The notes under the pieces: model-generated
What the model was told of the DNA's origin: nothing
Database searches by the model: none
Seen by the model: the letters and a program-made list of their open reading frames with translations, nothing else
Program-made: the position numbers and the translations under genes
Shown here: one piece after another, positions 10,130-25,785 of the stretch
Position numbering within the stretch: the first letter of the stretch is position 1
Layout: each line of letters begins with the position of its first letter
Source: a virus
IMG/VR virus record: IMGVR_UViG_3300042294_004068
Coordinates: 32,001 to 96,000 of that record
Strand: one strand, 5' to 3'
Length of the DNA stretch: 64,000 bases

Positions 10130-10528
10130 TTGCTAATTCCTCAAGCTAACTCATGGTGGGAACCAGGTACCCCAAATTTTCTGGATATAGGGGATATCTC
10201 AGCGGTTTTGGTATTTCTAATTACCCTCACAGGAGCCTTTTTTGCTGTAACAAAGTTTTGGCTAAAACTACTCCGTCGAATCATTCGTGAAGAAATTGAA
10301 GTGGCTACAGCACCAATTCATCCTAGCGCGAATGGGGGGCTCAGTCTAGCAGATGTGGCTAGAAAAACAAATAAGCTAGAAGAGCAACTGTCAGAGATGC
10401 ATAAAGACAGTCTTGAGACTAAAGATTTGTTGATAAAGGTGCTGGCTCAGTCCGTGATAATTCCAGACACTCCGCCTATGGTTGAACCACCTATGAAGCG
10501 AAAAGGCCGTAAGTCCGCTTCTTCTTAG
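10130..10528 (+). CDS. Single-TM membrane protein with a coiled-coil segment
   Basis: Hydrophobic ISAVLVFLITLTGAFFAV followed by NGGLSLADV and a heptad-like stretch. The start codon is uncertain. Confidence 0.6.
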   Translation: MLIPQANSWWEPGTPNFLDIGDISAVLVFLITLTGAFFAVTKFWLKLLRRIIREEIEVATAPIHPSANGGLSLADVARKTNKLEEQLSEMHKDSLETKDLLIKVLAQSVIIPDTPPMVEPPMKRKGRKSASS

Positions 10529-10666
10529 AAACACTTTTTTTCTTAATTTCCGACACGCCATAAGTCACTAATTATTTCATTTTTATATCTTCACTGCTAT
10601 CCTCATATCTAGAGTAACTGTAAGGTTTACGGTAACTCTACATAGAAGGAAAACTGGAGGATTTCA

Positions 10667-10942
10667 GTGAGTTTAGCTGAGAAATTAAACAGTGCTACTC
10701 GTACTCAACCAGGTTTGCCCTGCGGTGTAGGCAAGCTATTGACAGAGCTAAAAGGCGAAGATAAAGAAGCCTTAGAAATTATTTTTTCAACCCGTTCCGT
10801 GCCTGGAACAGTATCAAATAGGCAAGTACATAAAATCCTTCTTGAGGAAGGATATGAAATTGCATTTGCCTCTATCACCCTTCATCGACGTAAGCAATGC
10901 CGTTGCTTTACAAGTCGAGATCAGGCATATAAGGAGAACTGA
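10667..10942 (+). CDS. Small putative Zn-binding/HTH protein coupled to the phosphoesterase
   Basis: GGAGG RBS and GTG start. An early Cys (PCGV) and C-terminal HRRKQCRC. Its TGA overlaps the next ATG (TGATG). Confidence 0.65.
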   Translation: MSLAEKLNSATRTQPGLPCGVGKLLTELKGEDKEALEIIFSTRSVPGTVSNRQVHKILLEEGYEIAFASITLHRRKQCRCFTSRDQAYKEN

Positions 10943-12159
10943 TGTCGTCTTTAACCGACAAACTCACTGAGCTTATTTCCCCAGGGCCAAGTGGTTCGGA
11001 TATAAGAGCGACCAATACTCCTGAATCTTGGAGACCTCGTCTTGAGATAGACCCAGAAAAAGGTGAAGGTTATTTTATTTCTACCCCTAGACCAGCAGGA
11101 AACAGTCCTGATGGTGTTGAACTATTAAAAGAATTTGATTTAGACCCAAGTGATTGGACTATTACGTCCATCAGAAAATCTCGCTGGCAAAATCATAAAG
11201 GCGATTGGCTTGAAGCTTTTCGAGCAAGTCTTGTACCAACCAGCACAAAAAAATCTTCCGAACTTGATTTTGATTTAGAAAAATTAATACAAGATGTTTC
11301 AAAGTGGAGACCTTCAAAAGTCTCACAAAAAATTACAGGTGATTTAGCTTTTATTTTTGCTCCAAGCGACCAGCAAATTGGAAAAAAGCAAGGAGACGTA
11401 GGAACCGACACCACAGTGTCAAGGTTGCTCACCCTCACAGAGATGGGTGTTCAGAGACTTCACGAGCTGAGAAAAATTGGAAGACCTATAGGAACAGTGG
11501 TTATTCCATTACCGGGAGACCATGTAGAAGGTATTGTTTCGCAGAACGGAAGAGTTCAAGGGCAAGCAGCCTCTGATTTAGGAATTACAGAACAAACCAG
11601 ACTTGCTAGACGAGTTCTTATGGCTCAAATTAAAGCTTTTGCTCCTTTAGCAGAGCGCATCATAGTTCCAGTAGTTAATGGAAATCATGACGAAGCAGGT
11701 CGTCAAGTTATTACAGACCCTTCAGATGGTTGGAATGTTGAAATCGCGAGCGCTGTTCAGGATGCTTGCGCTGAGAATGAAAACCTTTCTCACGTTGAGT
11801 TTAGGTTTCCAGAAAAGTCCCATCAAACATTGTCAATAAATATTTGTGGAACTATGGTCGGATTGTTCCACGGGCATCAGTCAGGTTCTAATGTCATGAA
11901 GTATCTTCAAGAGCAATCTGCAGGTCAAACTGCCCTTGGAATGTCTGACATATGGATTTCTGGGCACTTTCACAATTTTAAAACTATGGATATTGGTGAG
12001 CGTCTGTGGCTTCAGTGTCCAACAGTCGACCCCGGAAGTGCGTGGTTTAGGGACCGCCACGGGCTAGAATCGCCACCCGGAGTTTTGACCCTTGTTGTAG
12101 GAGATGGCTACAACCCAAGAAGGGATATTAGCGTTCTTTCAGTGCCTAGGTCTGCATAA
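10942..12159 (+). CDS. Calcineurin-like metallophosphoesterase (actinophage type)
   Basis: SDQQIGK, GDHVEG, GNHD, FHGH and GHFH motifs in canonical order. Confidence 0.88.
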   Translation: MSSLTDKLTELISPGPSGSDIRATNTPESWRPRLEIDPEKGEGYFISTPRPAGNSPDGVELLKEFDLDPSDWTITSIRKSRWQNHKGDWLEAFRASLVPTSTKKSSELDFDLEKLIQDVSKWRPSKVSQKITGDLAFIFAPSDQQIGKKQGDVGTDTTVSRLLTLTEMGVQRLHELRKIGRPIGTVVIPLPGDHVEGIVSQNGRVQGQAASDLGITEQTRLARRVLMAQIKAFAPLAERIIVPVVNGNHDEAGRQVITDPSDGWNVEIASAVQDACAENENLSHVEFRFPEKSHQTLSINICGTMVGLFHGHQSGSNVMKYLQEQSAGQTALGMSDIWISGHFHNFKTMDIGERLWLQCPTVDPGSAWFRDRHGLESPPGVLTLVVGDGYNPRRDISVLSVPRSA

Positions 12160-12265
12160 TTTAAGACATAGCCATGTCTATAACAGCGTACAATAGAGAG
12201 CGATTTAGGAATCTGCTTGCCTGTGCAGATTTCACTGCATGCTATCGAGACCTGGAGCACCACTG

Positions 12266-18559
<6,294 letters not shown>

Positions 18560-18580
18560 GAATGACAGAGAGGAGATAAC

Positions 18581-19282
18581 ATGCCAGCAATTGATTTTCC
18601 AAATAACCCGACGCTAAATCAGGTTTACACAAATGGAGTTAACACTTATTCTTGGGATGGTACTGCTTGGCGACTAGTTCGTACTAGTGCTCAAGGTCCT
18701 ACTGGTCCTACAGGACCAGCAGGTGCAGACTCAACAGCTATTGGTGCAACTGGACCTACAGGTGCGCAAGGACCAACTGGCCCAGAAGGACCAGCAGGAG
18801 CTCCTTCAACTACACCTGGTCCAATTGGACCTACAGGTGCGACAGGTTCTTTCGCGATTGAACCTTGGACTTTATATACACCTGTTTGGTATGGCAGCAC
18901 AACTAATCCGCAAATCGGTAATGGAATTATTCAAGGTAGATATACCTATGTAGGTGCAACAATTTTTGGAGAAATTAGAATTCAAGCTGGAACTTCTGGA
19001 TTTAACAGAGGAAGTGGAACTTATTCTCTAAGCCTTCCTTCAAACGGTATCGTCGAGAATTACCAGCCTGTAGGGCAAGTGGTTATGCGAGATGAAGGTC
19101 CAGGTATTACTTACTTTGGAACTGCAATTTTCAACAATAACTTTACAAACAGAATTGAATTGTTTATGCACTCACAGTCTGCAACATTTGATGAAGGTGT
19201 AGCAGTTACTGAAAGCACTCCATTTTTGTTTAGCGGTAATGACAAGATTCTTGTCCAATTCACATACGAGTCAGTGGTATAG
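18581..19282 (+). CDS. Short collagen-like fibre protein with AIDFP N-terminal motif
   Basis: MPAIDFPNNP..YSWDGTAW, a GPT run, and a C-terminal beta-rich domain (WTLYTP..GRYTYVG..YSLSLP). Confidence 0.85.
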   Translation: MPAIDFPNNPTLNQVYTNGVNTYSWDGTAWRLVRTSAQGPTGPTGPAGADSTAIGATGPTGAQGPTGPEGPAGAPSTTPGPIGPTGATGSFAIEPWTLYTPVWYGSTTNPQIGNGIIQGRYTYVGATIFGEIRIQAGTSGFNRGSGTYSLSLPSNGIVENYQPVGQVVMRDEGPGITYFGTAIFNNNFTNRIELFMHSQSATFDEGVAVTESTPFLFSGNDKILVQFTYESVV

Positions 19283-19296
19283 GAGGCGAGTAGATA

Positions 19297-21186
19297 ATGG
19301 CAGCTATTGATTTTCCTAATTCTCCTACACCAAACGATTTATTTACTTCAGGTAGTCAAACTTGGCAGTGGGATGGAACTTCTTGGAACTTAGTTATTTC
19401 TCAAGTTGTTGGTCCTACTGGTCCTCAAGGTCCTACTGGAGCAGCAAGTAATGTAACTGGTCCTACAGGTGCGACAGGCACTGTTCTTTTAGCATCAGAC
19501 ACTCCTCCAACTGGAGCTTCTGCAGGTGATGCTTGGTTAAATACTGCAACTGGAAAAATTTATGTTTACTTTGATGACTACTGGGTTGAGTCTGCATCAA
19601 GTTTGAGCGGTAGCCAAGGTCCTACTGGAGCTACAGGTGCTACTGGCCCTCAAAGTACAGTTCTAGGTCCAACTGGTCCTACAGGTTCTACAGGACCAAC
19701 AGGCCCACAAGGAAATACAGGCCCATCTGGTCCTCGAGGTTTTGACATCACTGGGCCTACTGGTCCACAAGGTCCTACAGGTGCACAAGGTGTAACTGGT
19801 CCTGAAGGTGAAAGAGGTCCTACAGGTCCTATTGGACCAATCGGAAATACTGGTCCTCAAGGTGAAGAAGGTACAACTGGCCCAACTGGTGCACAAGGTT
19901 TGCAAGGTGCTACTGGCCCAACTGGTCCTCGCGGATTCGTCGGTCCTACTGGCCCAGTAGGTGCTACTGGTCCGTCAGTAACTGGTGCGACAGGTGCAAC
20001 TGGTGCTTCTGGCCCGACAGGTCCTGCAGGTGGACCTACAGGTCCAACAGGAGCAACAGGCCCTACTGGTTCTGAAGGTCCAACTGGTGCTGCTGGTCTT
20101 CGTGGTGCGACTGGTGCTACAGGTGCCACAGGTGCTGCCTCTACTATTCCAGGACCTACAGGTCCTACAGGTCCATCTGTAACTGGCCCAACTGGTGCTG
20201 CTTCCAATATTCCAGGACCAACAGGTCCTACAGGACCAACAGGTGCTGGTCCTACTGGTCCTACAGGTTCAGCGGGAGCAAGTTTTGCTGGAGTAACATC
20301 TACAAGCAACCTTTCTGTTTCTTTAGGATCTGAAAACTTTATTGTTAATAAAGTTGATGCTTTTGCTGTCGGAACTCGAGCTCGTTTAGCTAGTGCTAGC
20401 TTCCCTCAGGATTATATGGAAGGTGTCATCACCACAATTGTTGGCACAAGCATCACCATGTTTGTGGACAAGGTAAATGGTGAAGGAAATACATATGCAA
20501 GTTGGAACTTAGTTCTTGGTGCTGGAGAAATCGGACCTACAGGTCCTACTGGTCCTCAGGGTGCTTCTATTAAGTTTAAAGGTACTGTTCAATTTGACGT
20601 AAATCTTCCAGCAAGTGGAAATCAAATTAACGATGCTTATGTAGTTTCTGCAACAGGTGACCTTTGGGTTTGGAACGGAACTACTTGGCAAAATGTGGGA
20701 CGTATTCAAGGTCCTACTGGAGGCACAGGGCCTACTGGGTCACAAGGACTAATTGGTCCTACAGGTCCTACAGGTGCTGATAGCACAGTTGCAGGACCTA
20801 CTGGACCTACTGGAAGCACTGGACCTACAGGCTCTACTGGTATTCAAGGACCAACTGGACCTGCATTCTTTAATCTAACTGGTCCTCAGTATTTAGCTTC
20901 TGTAACTCTTACTGCTAATGACAATGCTTCTTTAGTCAAGTTGAACAGCTCTTCTCCTACTGTTGTAACTATTCCAGCAGATGGAACTAGCGGATATACA
21001 TTCGACACTGGTTCTCAGATTGTTTTGACGCAATTAGGTAGTGCTGTTTTCAGTGTTACTGGTGCTGCAGGAGTTAGTGTTCTTAGTGAAGGAAGTCGCT
21101 ATACAAGTAAGCAGCGTTATGCAGTAGCTTCTCTAATTAAACTTGGAGCTAATTCGTGGTTGTTAAGCGGAAACCTACAGGCTTAG
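19297..21186 (+). CDS. Collagen-like fibre protein with AIDFP N-terminus and C-terminal adaptor-like domain
   Basis: [18 protein letters not shown] and long GPT runs. The C-terminal [34 protein letters not shown] domain is shared with 37555-38016. Confidence 0.85.
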   Translation: MAAIDFPNSPTPNDLFTSGSQTWQWDGTSWNLVISQVVGPTGPQGPTGAASNVTGPTGATGTVLLASDTPPTGASAGDAWLNTATGKIYVYFDDYWVESASSLSGSQGPTGATGATGPQSTVLGPTGPTGSTGPTGPQGNTGPSGPRGFDITGPTGPQGPTGAQGVTGPEGERGPTGPIGPIGNTGPQGEEGTTGPTGAQGLQGATGPTGPRGFVGPTGPVGATGPSVTGATGATGASGPTGPAGGPTGPTGATGPTGSEGPTGAAGLRGATGATGATGAASTIPGPTGPTGPSVTGPTGAASNIPGPTGPTGPTGAGPTGPTGSAGASFAGVTSTSNLSVSLGSENFIVNKVDAFAVGTRARLASASFPQDYMEGVITTIVGTSITMFVDKVNGEGNTYASWNLVLGAGEIGPTGPTGPQGASIKFKGTVQFDVNLPASGNQINDAYVVSATGDLWVWNGTTWQNVGRIQGPTGGTGPTGSQGLIGPTGPTGADSTVAGPTGPTGSTGPTGSTGIQGPTGPAFFNLTGPQYLASVTLTANDNASLVKLNSSSPTVVTIPADGTSGYTFDTGSQIVLTQLGSAVFSVTGAAGVSVLSEGSRYTSKQRYAVASLIKLGANSWLLSGNLQA

Positions 21187-21187
21187 A

Positions 21188-22111
21188 ATGCTGATATCTA
21201 CCCATGCAATGCATGCGACCCTGCCAGTAGCTTTTTTACCTACTAGCTGGTCACTTGTTCCTACCAGTTCTTTTGGCTCTACCAACATTAATTCAATTGC
21301 TACAAATGGCATGGGGCAATTTGTAGCAGTCGGTAGTTCTGGAAAACTTGCCACATCTAACGATGTTTCAACTAGTTGGACCCAGAGAACTTCTGGTTTT
21401 GCTGGTAGCAATATTTATGCAGTGGCATATGGAGACGATATTTATGTTGTTGGAGGAAGTTCTGGAAAACTTGCTACATCAACTGATGGAATAAACTGGA
21501 CACTACGTTCATCTTCTTTTGGTGCTAGTGCAATCTTGGGAATCACATACTCTCAAGCGGCAGGTTTGTGGATTGCTGTAGGTGGTTCTGGAAAGTTAGC
21601 TACCTCTATTGATGGAATTGATTGGACTCAAAGACTTTCTTCTTTTGGGACTTCTTTTATAAACAACGTTTATTCTGACGCAAATCTTATTATTGCTGTT
21701 GGATATGATGGAAAACTTGCAACATCAACAAATGGGGTTAGTTGGACTCAACGCGGGTCATCTTTTATATCAAGCACAATTTTTTCAGTTGTAGGAAATC
21801 CAGCAAGAGACAAGTACATTGCCGTTGGAGACTCAGGAAAAATTGCTAGTTCTACTAATGGTCTTACATGGATTCAGTCTTTCCCAGCAAGTAGTTTCGG
21901 ATCTTCTCAGATTAGGTCAGTCGCAGCAAATAGTGAGAACTACTATCTAGCTGGAGGAACTGCAGGAAAAGTTGCTACCTCAACGGATTCTATTCAATGG
22001 ATTCAAAGAAATTCTGGTGTAGGCATATCCAACGTAAATGATGTTTATTTCGACGAGTCTTTAGCCATTGTTGTTGGAAACGGTGGCAAAATTGCTTACT
22101 CAGGAGGGTAA
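21188..22111 (+). CDS. BNR/Asp-box repeat beta-propeller protein
   Basis: About seven repeats of roughly 42 aa: (F/Y)VAVG.SGKLATS.DG..WTQR.SSFG.S.I. Confidence 0.85.
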   Translation: MLISTHAMHATLPVAFLPTSWSLVPTSSFGSTNINSIATNGMGQFVAVGSSGKLATSNDVSTSWTQRTSGFAGSNIYAVAYGDDIYVVGGSSGKLATSTDGINWTLRSSSFGASAILGITYSQAAGLWIAVGGSGKLATSIDGIDWTQRLSSFGTSFINNVYSDANLIIAVGYDGKLATSTNGVSWTQRGSSFISSTIFSVVGNPARDKYIAVGDSGKIASSTNGLTWIQSFPASSFGSSQIRSVAANSENYYLAGGTAGKVATSTDSIQWIQRNSGVGISNVNDVYFDESLAIVVGNGGKIAYSGG

Positions 22112-22113
22112 AG

Positions 22114-22290
22114 ATGTTTAGATACAACTTGACATATGACAATCCAAGAGGCCCTATGGTCGAGATTTTAGATGGTGCCAACGTGATTGACGAGAGTGGT
22201 CCGTGGGAGTCTATCGAGTCAGCCACTACTTGGGCAGAAGCATATGTGGGATTAAAAAATTCAAATGAATCAGAACCAGAAGTTGGATAG
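22114..22290 (+). CDS. Small acidic 58-aa protein (not in the supplied ORF track)
   Basis: ATG 22114 follows GGAGG within the upstream gene end. Translates MFRYNLTYDNPRGPMVEILDGANVIDESGPWESIESATTWAEAYVGLKNSNESEPEVG*. It fills the gap exactly. Confidence 0.75.
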   Translation: MFRYNLTYDNPRGPMVEILDGANVIDESGPWESIESATTWAEAYVGLKNSNESEPEVG

Positions 22291-22338
22291 TAATTATCCA
22301 AGTAAAATAGATAGTTAGTCCAGAAAGGAGCAAGCAGA

Positions 22339-22989
22339 GTGGCAGCAATTGATTTTCCAACGCCCGTAGTAGTTGGAGAAGAGTTCACATCTGGCGGTCA
22401 AACCTGGGTCTGGACTGGACTAGTTTGGGAAGCTAAGCGTGTAACTCCAACAGGTCCTACTGGTCCACAAGGTATTCAGGGTCCTACTGGAGCTACAGGT
22501 CCACAAGGTGACACTGGTCCACAAGGTATTCAAGGTCCGACAGGCCCAGTATCAGATGTAGCTGGTCCTAGTGGTCCAATTGGTCCTACTGGTCCACAAG
22601 GACCTACAGGTCCACAGGGTTTGCAAGGAGACCAAGGTCCTCGCGGTTTTACTGGTCCAACTGGAGCAGATTCAAATGTTACAGGTCCTCAAGGTCCAAC
22701 AGGCCCTCGTGGTGTTACAGGTCCTACTGGTACTACAGGACCACAGTCTGAAGTTCCAGGTCCTACAGGTCCTACTGGCCCAGTCGGTAAGTTTACTGCT
22801 AGCCCAACTCAACCTGACTTGTTGACTGCCGTTAATGGTGATGCTTGGTTTGATACAAACACCGCTATTACTTATGTTTTTTACAACGGAGTTTTTATTG
22901 AGACTCAGGGTGGTTCAACAGGACCAGCTGGAGCAACAGGTCCTGTAGGTTCTTTTGCTGTTAGCACAAGCTGGTGGTTAGGTACGTAA
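22339..22989 (+). CDS. Short collagen-like protein with AIDFP N-terminus and a WWLG C-terminal peptide
   Basis: GTG start after [26 protein letters not shown] run, GDAWFDT module, ends STSWWLGT. Confidence 0.85.
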   Translation: MAAIDFPTPVVVGEEFTSGGQTWVWTGLVWEAKRVTPTGPTGPQGIQGPTGATGPQGDTGPQGIQGPTGPVSDVAGPSGPIGPTGPQGPTGPQGLQGDQGPRGFTGPTGADSNVTGPQGPTGPRGVTGPTGTTGPQSEVPGPTGPTGPVGKFTASPTQPDLLTAVNGDAWFDTNTAITYVFYNGVFIETQGGSTGPAGATGPVGSFAVSTSWWLGT

Positions 22990-23083
22990 TAATGCAAAAC
23001 ACGAGCACTTTTTTAAAATCAAAGATTTGTAGCAGTGGTATTCTACTAACAGATCTCGTGTGTGGTGAGAGAGGTAATGAATA

Positions 23084-25768
23084 ATGCCCGGCTTTTTAGG
23101 TGGTAGCTCAGGCGGCTCAAGCGGTGTTGGTGGAGAAATTAACTTCCCAAAGGAGTTTATTGACCCAGTAACTAAACTTCGCGTATCCGAGCCTGAGAAC
23201 CTCATCGATACCGACTTTGAATATGGTCTTCAGCCTACTAAGTGGGAAACTGTTGAGCTCATCAACAACACTCCATCATTCTTTTCTAAGTCTGGTGACA
23301 CCACTATTCCCAACATTACTGCCATCACAACTAACGATGGCACACGTGAAATTACCGTCAGCACTGGCCTCCCACACGGGCTTGCGGTCGGTATTCCTAT
23401 TAACGTAACAGGAACAAAATCAATTACAGCCGATGGTGCATACATCATCAACTCTATTCCGAACCCAAATACTTTCACCTACCTATGTCGCGACGTTCAG
23501 CTAGGCAATAACTCTATTGAAGACCTTTACTCCTCAGTTATTACAGGCGAGTTTTTCCAAGGTTCGCAGCTGCGTCTAGCAGACGCCGCTGGTATTACAA
23601 CAGACGGTGAGTCAGTTTCAACACTTACTGTTACAACAGGTTCTACTCACGGTTTTTATGTTGACACTCCGTTCTATTTCTTGAACCTAAACTCAACTAT
23701 TTCGCAGGAATTCCCTGCAAATAACAACGAAGCTAAGTCTTTTGACGCTTCTAACTCTGCTGTAGCCCAAACATTTGACGGTTCTAACACTCTTTCTCAA
23801 ATCAATATTGATTGGTCTAACTCTGCAACTGTAGCTGGCGTTACTAGCACAGTTAATATGAATGCTCAAAACCTTGTGAACAACACTATTACTGTTGCTC
23901 ACGGCACAGAAAATTTTGCAAACAGAGCTGTTGGAACTCCGTTTTACTATGATGTTGTATCTGGAGGCGGATATTTTGCTACCAATCCTCGCGGCGTTGT
24001 CTTCCTAAAAACAGCAACTGCTCTAGGAACTTCTAGCTCTACCTTCCAAGTTTCAGCAGTTCCAGATGGTGATGTCATTGAAATCCCAACCACAATGACA
24101 GGAACTTTCCAGTTAGCTAACCAAGCACGTACTTTTGCTGGAAATAATACTAACTCTCTTACAGAAGTTGTAGTTGATATTGTTAAAGATACTCCAAAAG
24201 TTTTTGATGGTTCAAACAGCTCTGTTCAAATAGGTCAAGTAACTTCCTACAGCGGCTCCCTAGTAAACGTCACTTCAGCCCAAGCAATCCCTCTCGAGTG
24301 GTACTTCGGAGCTATGGTTTTCTACAACACCACTGGTACCGCTGCAAACGGTCTTACAAATAACACCACTTATTTTATTGACTCTTTCTTCTCTACTGGC
24401 GGACTTAACTACGCTTTCACTCTTAAACCTCTTCCAACTTCAGCAACAATTACATCAATTTCTGGTGGAACTGGTACTCAAACATTTAAACAAATTGGTG
24501 TGTCTCCAGATAGAGATATCTTCCACGTAAAAGACCACGGATACTCTCGCTTTGACATGCTTCGCTATGTTTCACCTGAAAACGGTGCTTTTACAGTAGT
24601 TGACTCATCTCAAGTCAAAAATTTCTACTTTGTAGCTACAGTTATTGACCAACACAACTTCACTTTGAATCAGACCGTTGGTGAGCTAAGCCCACTAACT
24701 ATCTCAAGATCAGGCTTTTCTAGATACGCAATTACTCCAACAACCGTGACGCCTATAGGTATGACTGCCCCTATTACTTATGCAGTTACAAGCGGAACTC
24801 TTCCATCAGGTCTGTCTCTCAACCCTTCAACTGGAGTTGTTTCTGGAACTCCTACAGAAAATATTGCAGTCCCAGGACGTCAAGTTATTATTACTGGTAC
24901 AGACGTAGACGGCATTTCTGCATTCCAAGTACATACATATCAGTTTGATCAACCTCCTGCTTTGTACTCATTCTCAAGCGTTACATTCACACCAGGTGGT
25001 GCTGGTGGTACAGGTGGTCCTAACCTATCTCAAGCTCGCTCGGGTGCGGGCAACCCTTCATGGGGTAATACTTATATCAACATGCCAGGCAACACTGGAA
25101 CAATTGTTTGGACTGTCCCTGAGGTTGCAACATACCGAGTAGAAGCTTATGGAGCAGCTGGTGGTTGGTCCAACGGTTGGGGTGCTCGTGGTGGCTATGG
25201 AACTCGTATGCGTGGAGACTTTAACTGGAGTCTCGGCGATGAAATTAAAATTGTTGTAGGTCAAGCTGGCTCTAATGATGGTTCTACTGGTGCTGGTGGT
25301 GGTGGAAGTTTTGTTGCTCGTCGCTCAGATAACCTTCCATACTTAGTTGCTGGCGGTGGCGGTGGAGCGGGCGCTGGCTGGTACGGATATTCTGACGCAA
25401 CTACTGGTGAATCTTCCCGAGGATCTAACTCATTTGGTGGAGCAGGTGGCGGTAACGGTGGTAACGGCGAGTCTCATGGTGGAGGCGGCGGTTTCTATGG
25501 GAACGGCGGCGGCTGGGCAGGACCTGGCACATCATTCGTAAATGGTGCATACGGCGGCTCTTACTCAAACGCTGGTGGTTTTGGTGGCGGTGGTGCTAAC
25601 CGCGGTTGGGCTGGCGGTTCTGGCGGTGGCGGTGGTTACGCTGGTGGACCAAGTTCTTGGTGGTCATCTGCTGGTGGTGGAGCAGGTTCATACAATGCTG
25701 GTGCTAACCGTAGTGATTCGGAAGTTGCCAGTGGCGGTAACGGTCAAGTTTCAATTACGAGACTGTAG
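23084..25768 (+). CDS. Large virion-type protein with beta repeats, a putative Ig (He_PIG-like) module and an ALK/LTK-like glycine-rich C-terminal domain
   Basis: HGL/HGF beta repeats; YAVTSGTLPSGLSLNPSTGVVSGTP; WTVP..YRVEAYGAAGG..IVVGQ.G..GGGGGSFV..LVAGGGGG followed by poly-Gly. Confidence 0.75.
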   Translation: MPGFLGGSSGGSSGVGGEINFPKEFIDPVTKLRVSEPENLIDTDFEYGLQPTKWETVELINNTPSFFSKSGDTTIPNITAITTNDGTREITVSTGLPHGLAVGIPINVTGTKSITADGAYIINSIPNPNTFTYLCRDVQLGNNSIEDLYSSVITGEFFQGSQLRLADAAGITTDGESVSTLTVTTGSTHGFYVDTPFYFLNLNSTISQEFPANNNEAKSFDASNSAVAQTFDGSNTLSQINIDWSNSATVAGVTSTVNMNAQNLVNNTITVAHGTENFANRAVGTPFYYDVVSGGGYFATNPRGVVFLKTATALGTSSSTFQVSAVPDGDVIEIPTTMTGTFQLANQARTFAGNNTNSLTEVVVDIVKDTPKVFDGSNSSVQIGQVTSYSGSLVNVTSAQAIPLEWYFGAMVFYNTTGTAANGLTNNTTYFIDSFFSTGGLNYAFTLKPLPTSATITSISGGTGTQTFKQIGVSPDRDIFHVKDHGYSRFDMLRYVSPENGAFTVVDSSQVKNFYFVATVIDQHNFTLNQTVGELSPLTISRSGFSRYAITPTTVTPIGMTAPITYAVTSGTLPSGLSLNPSTGVVSGTPTENIAVPGRQVIITGTDVDGISAFQVHTYQFDQPPALYSFSSVTFTPGGAGGTGGPNLSQARSGAGNPSWGNTYINMPGNTGTIVWTVPEVATYRVEAYGAAGGWSNGWGARGGYGTRMRGDFNWSLGDEIKIVVGQAGSNDGSTGAGGGGSFVARRSDNLPYLVAGGGGGAGAGWYGYSDATTGESSRGSNSFGGAGGGNGGNGESHGGGGGFYGNGGGWAGPGTSFVNGAYGGSYSNAGGFGGGGANRGWAGGSGGGGGYAGGPSSWWSSAGGGAGSYNAGANRSDSEVASGGNGQVSITRL

Positions 25769-25785
25769 GAAAGAGGATAATATAA

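Noticed and set aside
10130-10528. Holin
   Set aside because: A single TM segment and no endolysin nearby; not supportable.
10551-10559. CGACACGCC (WhiA-like GACAC core), also on the minus strand at 49686-49694
   Set aside because: Only two copies were noticed, one inside coding sequence, with inconsistent spacing to the -10 boxes.
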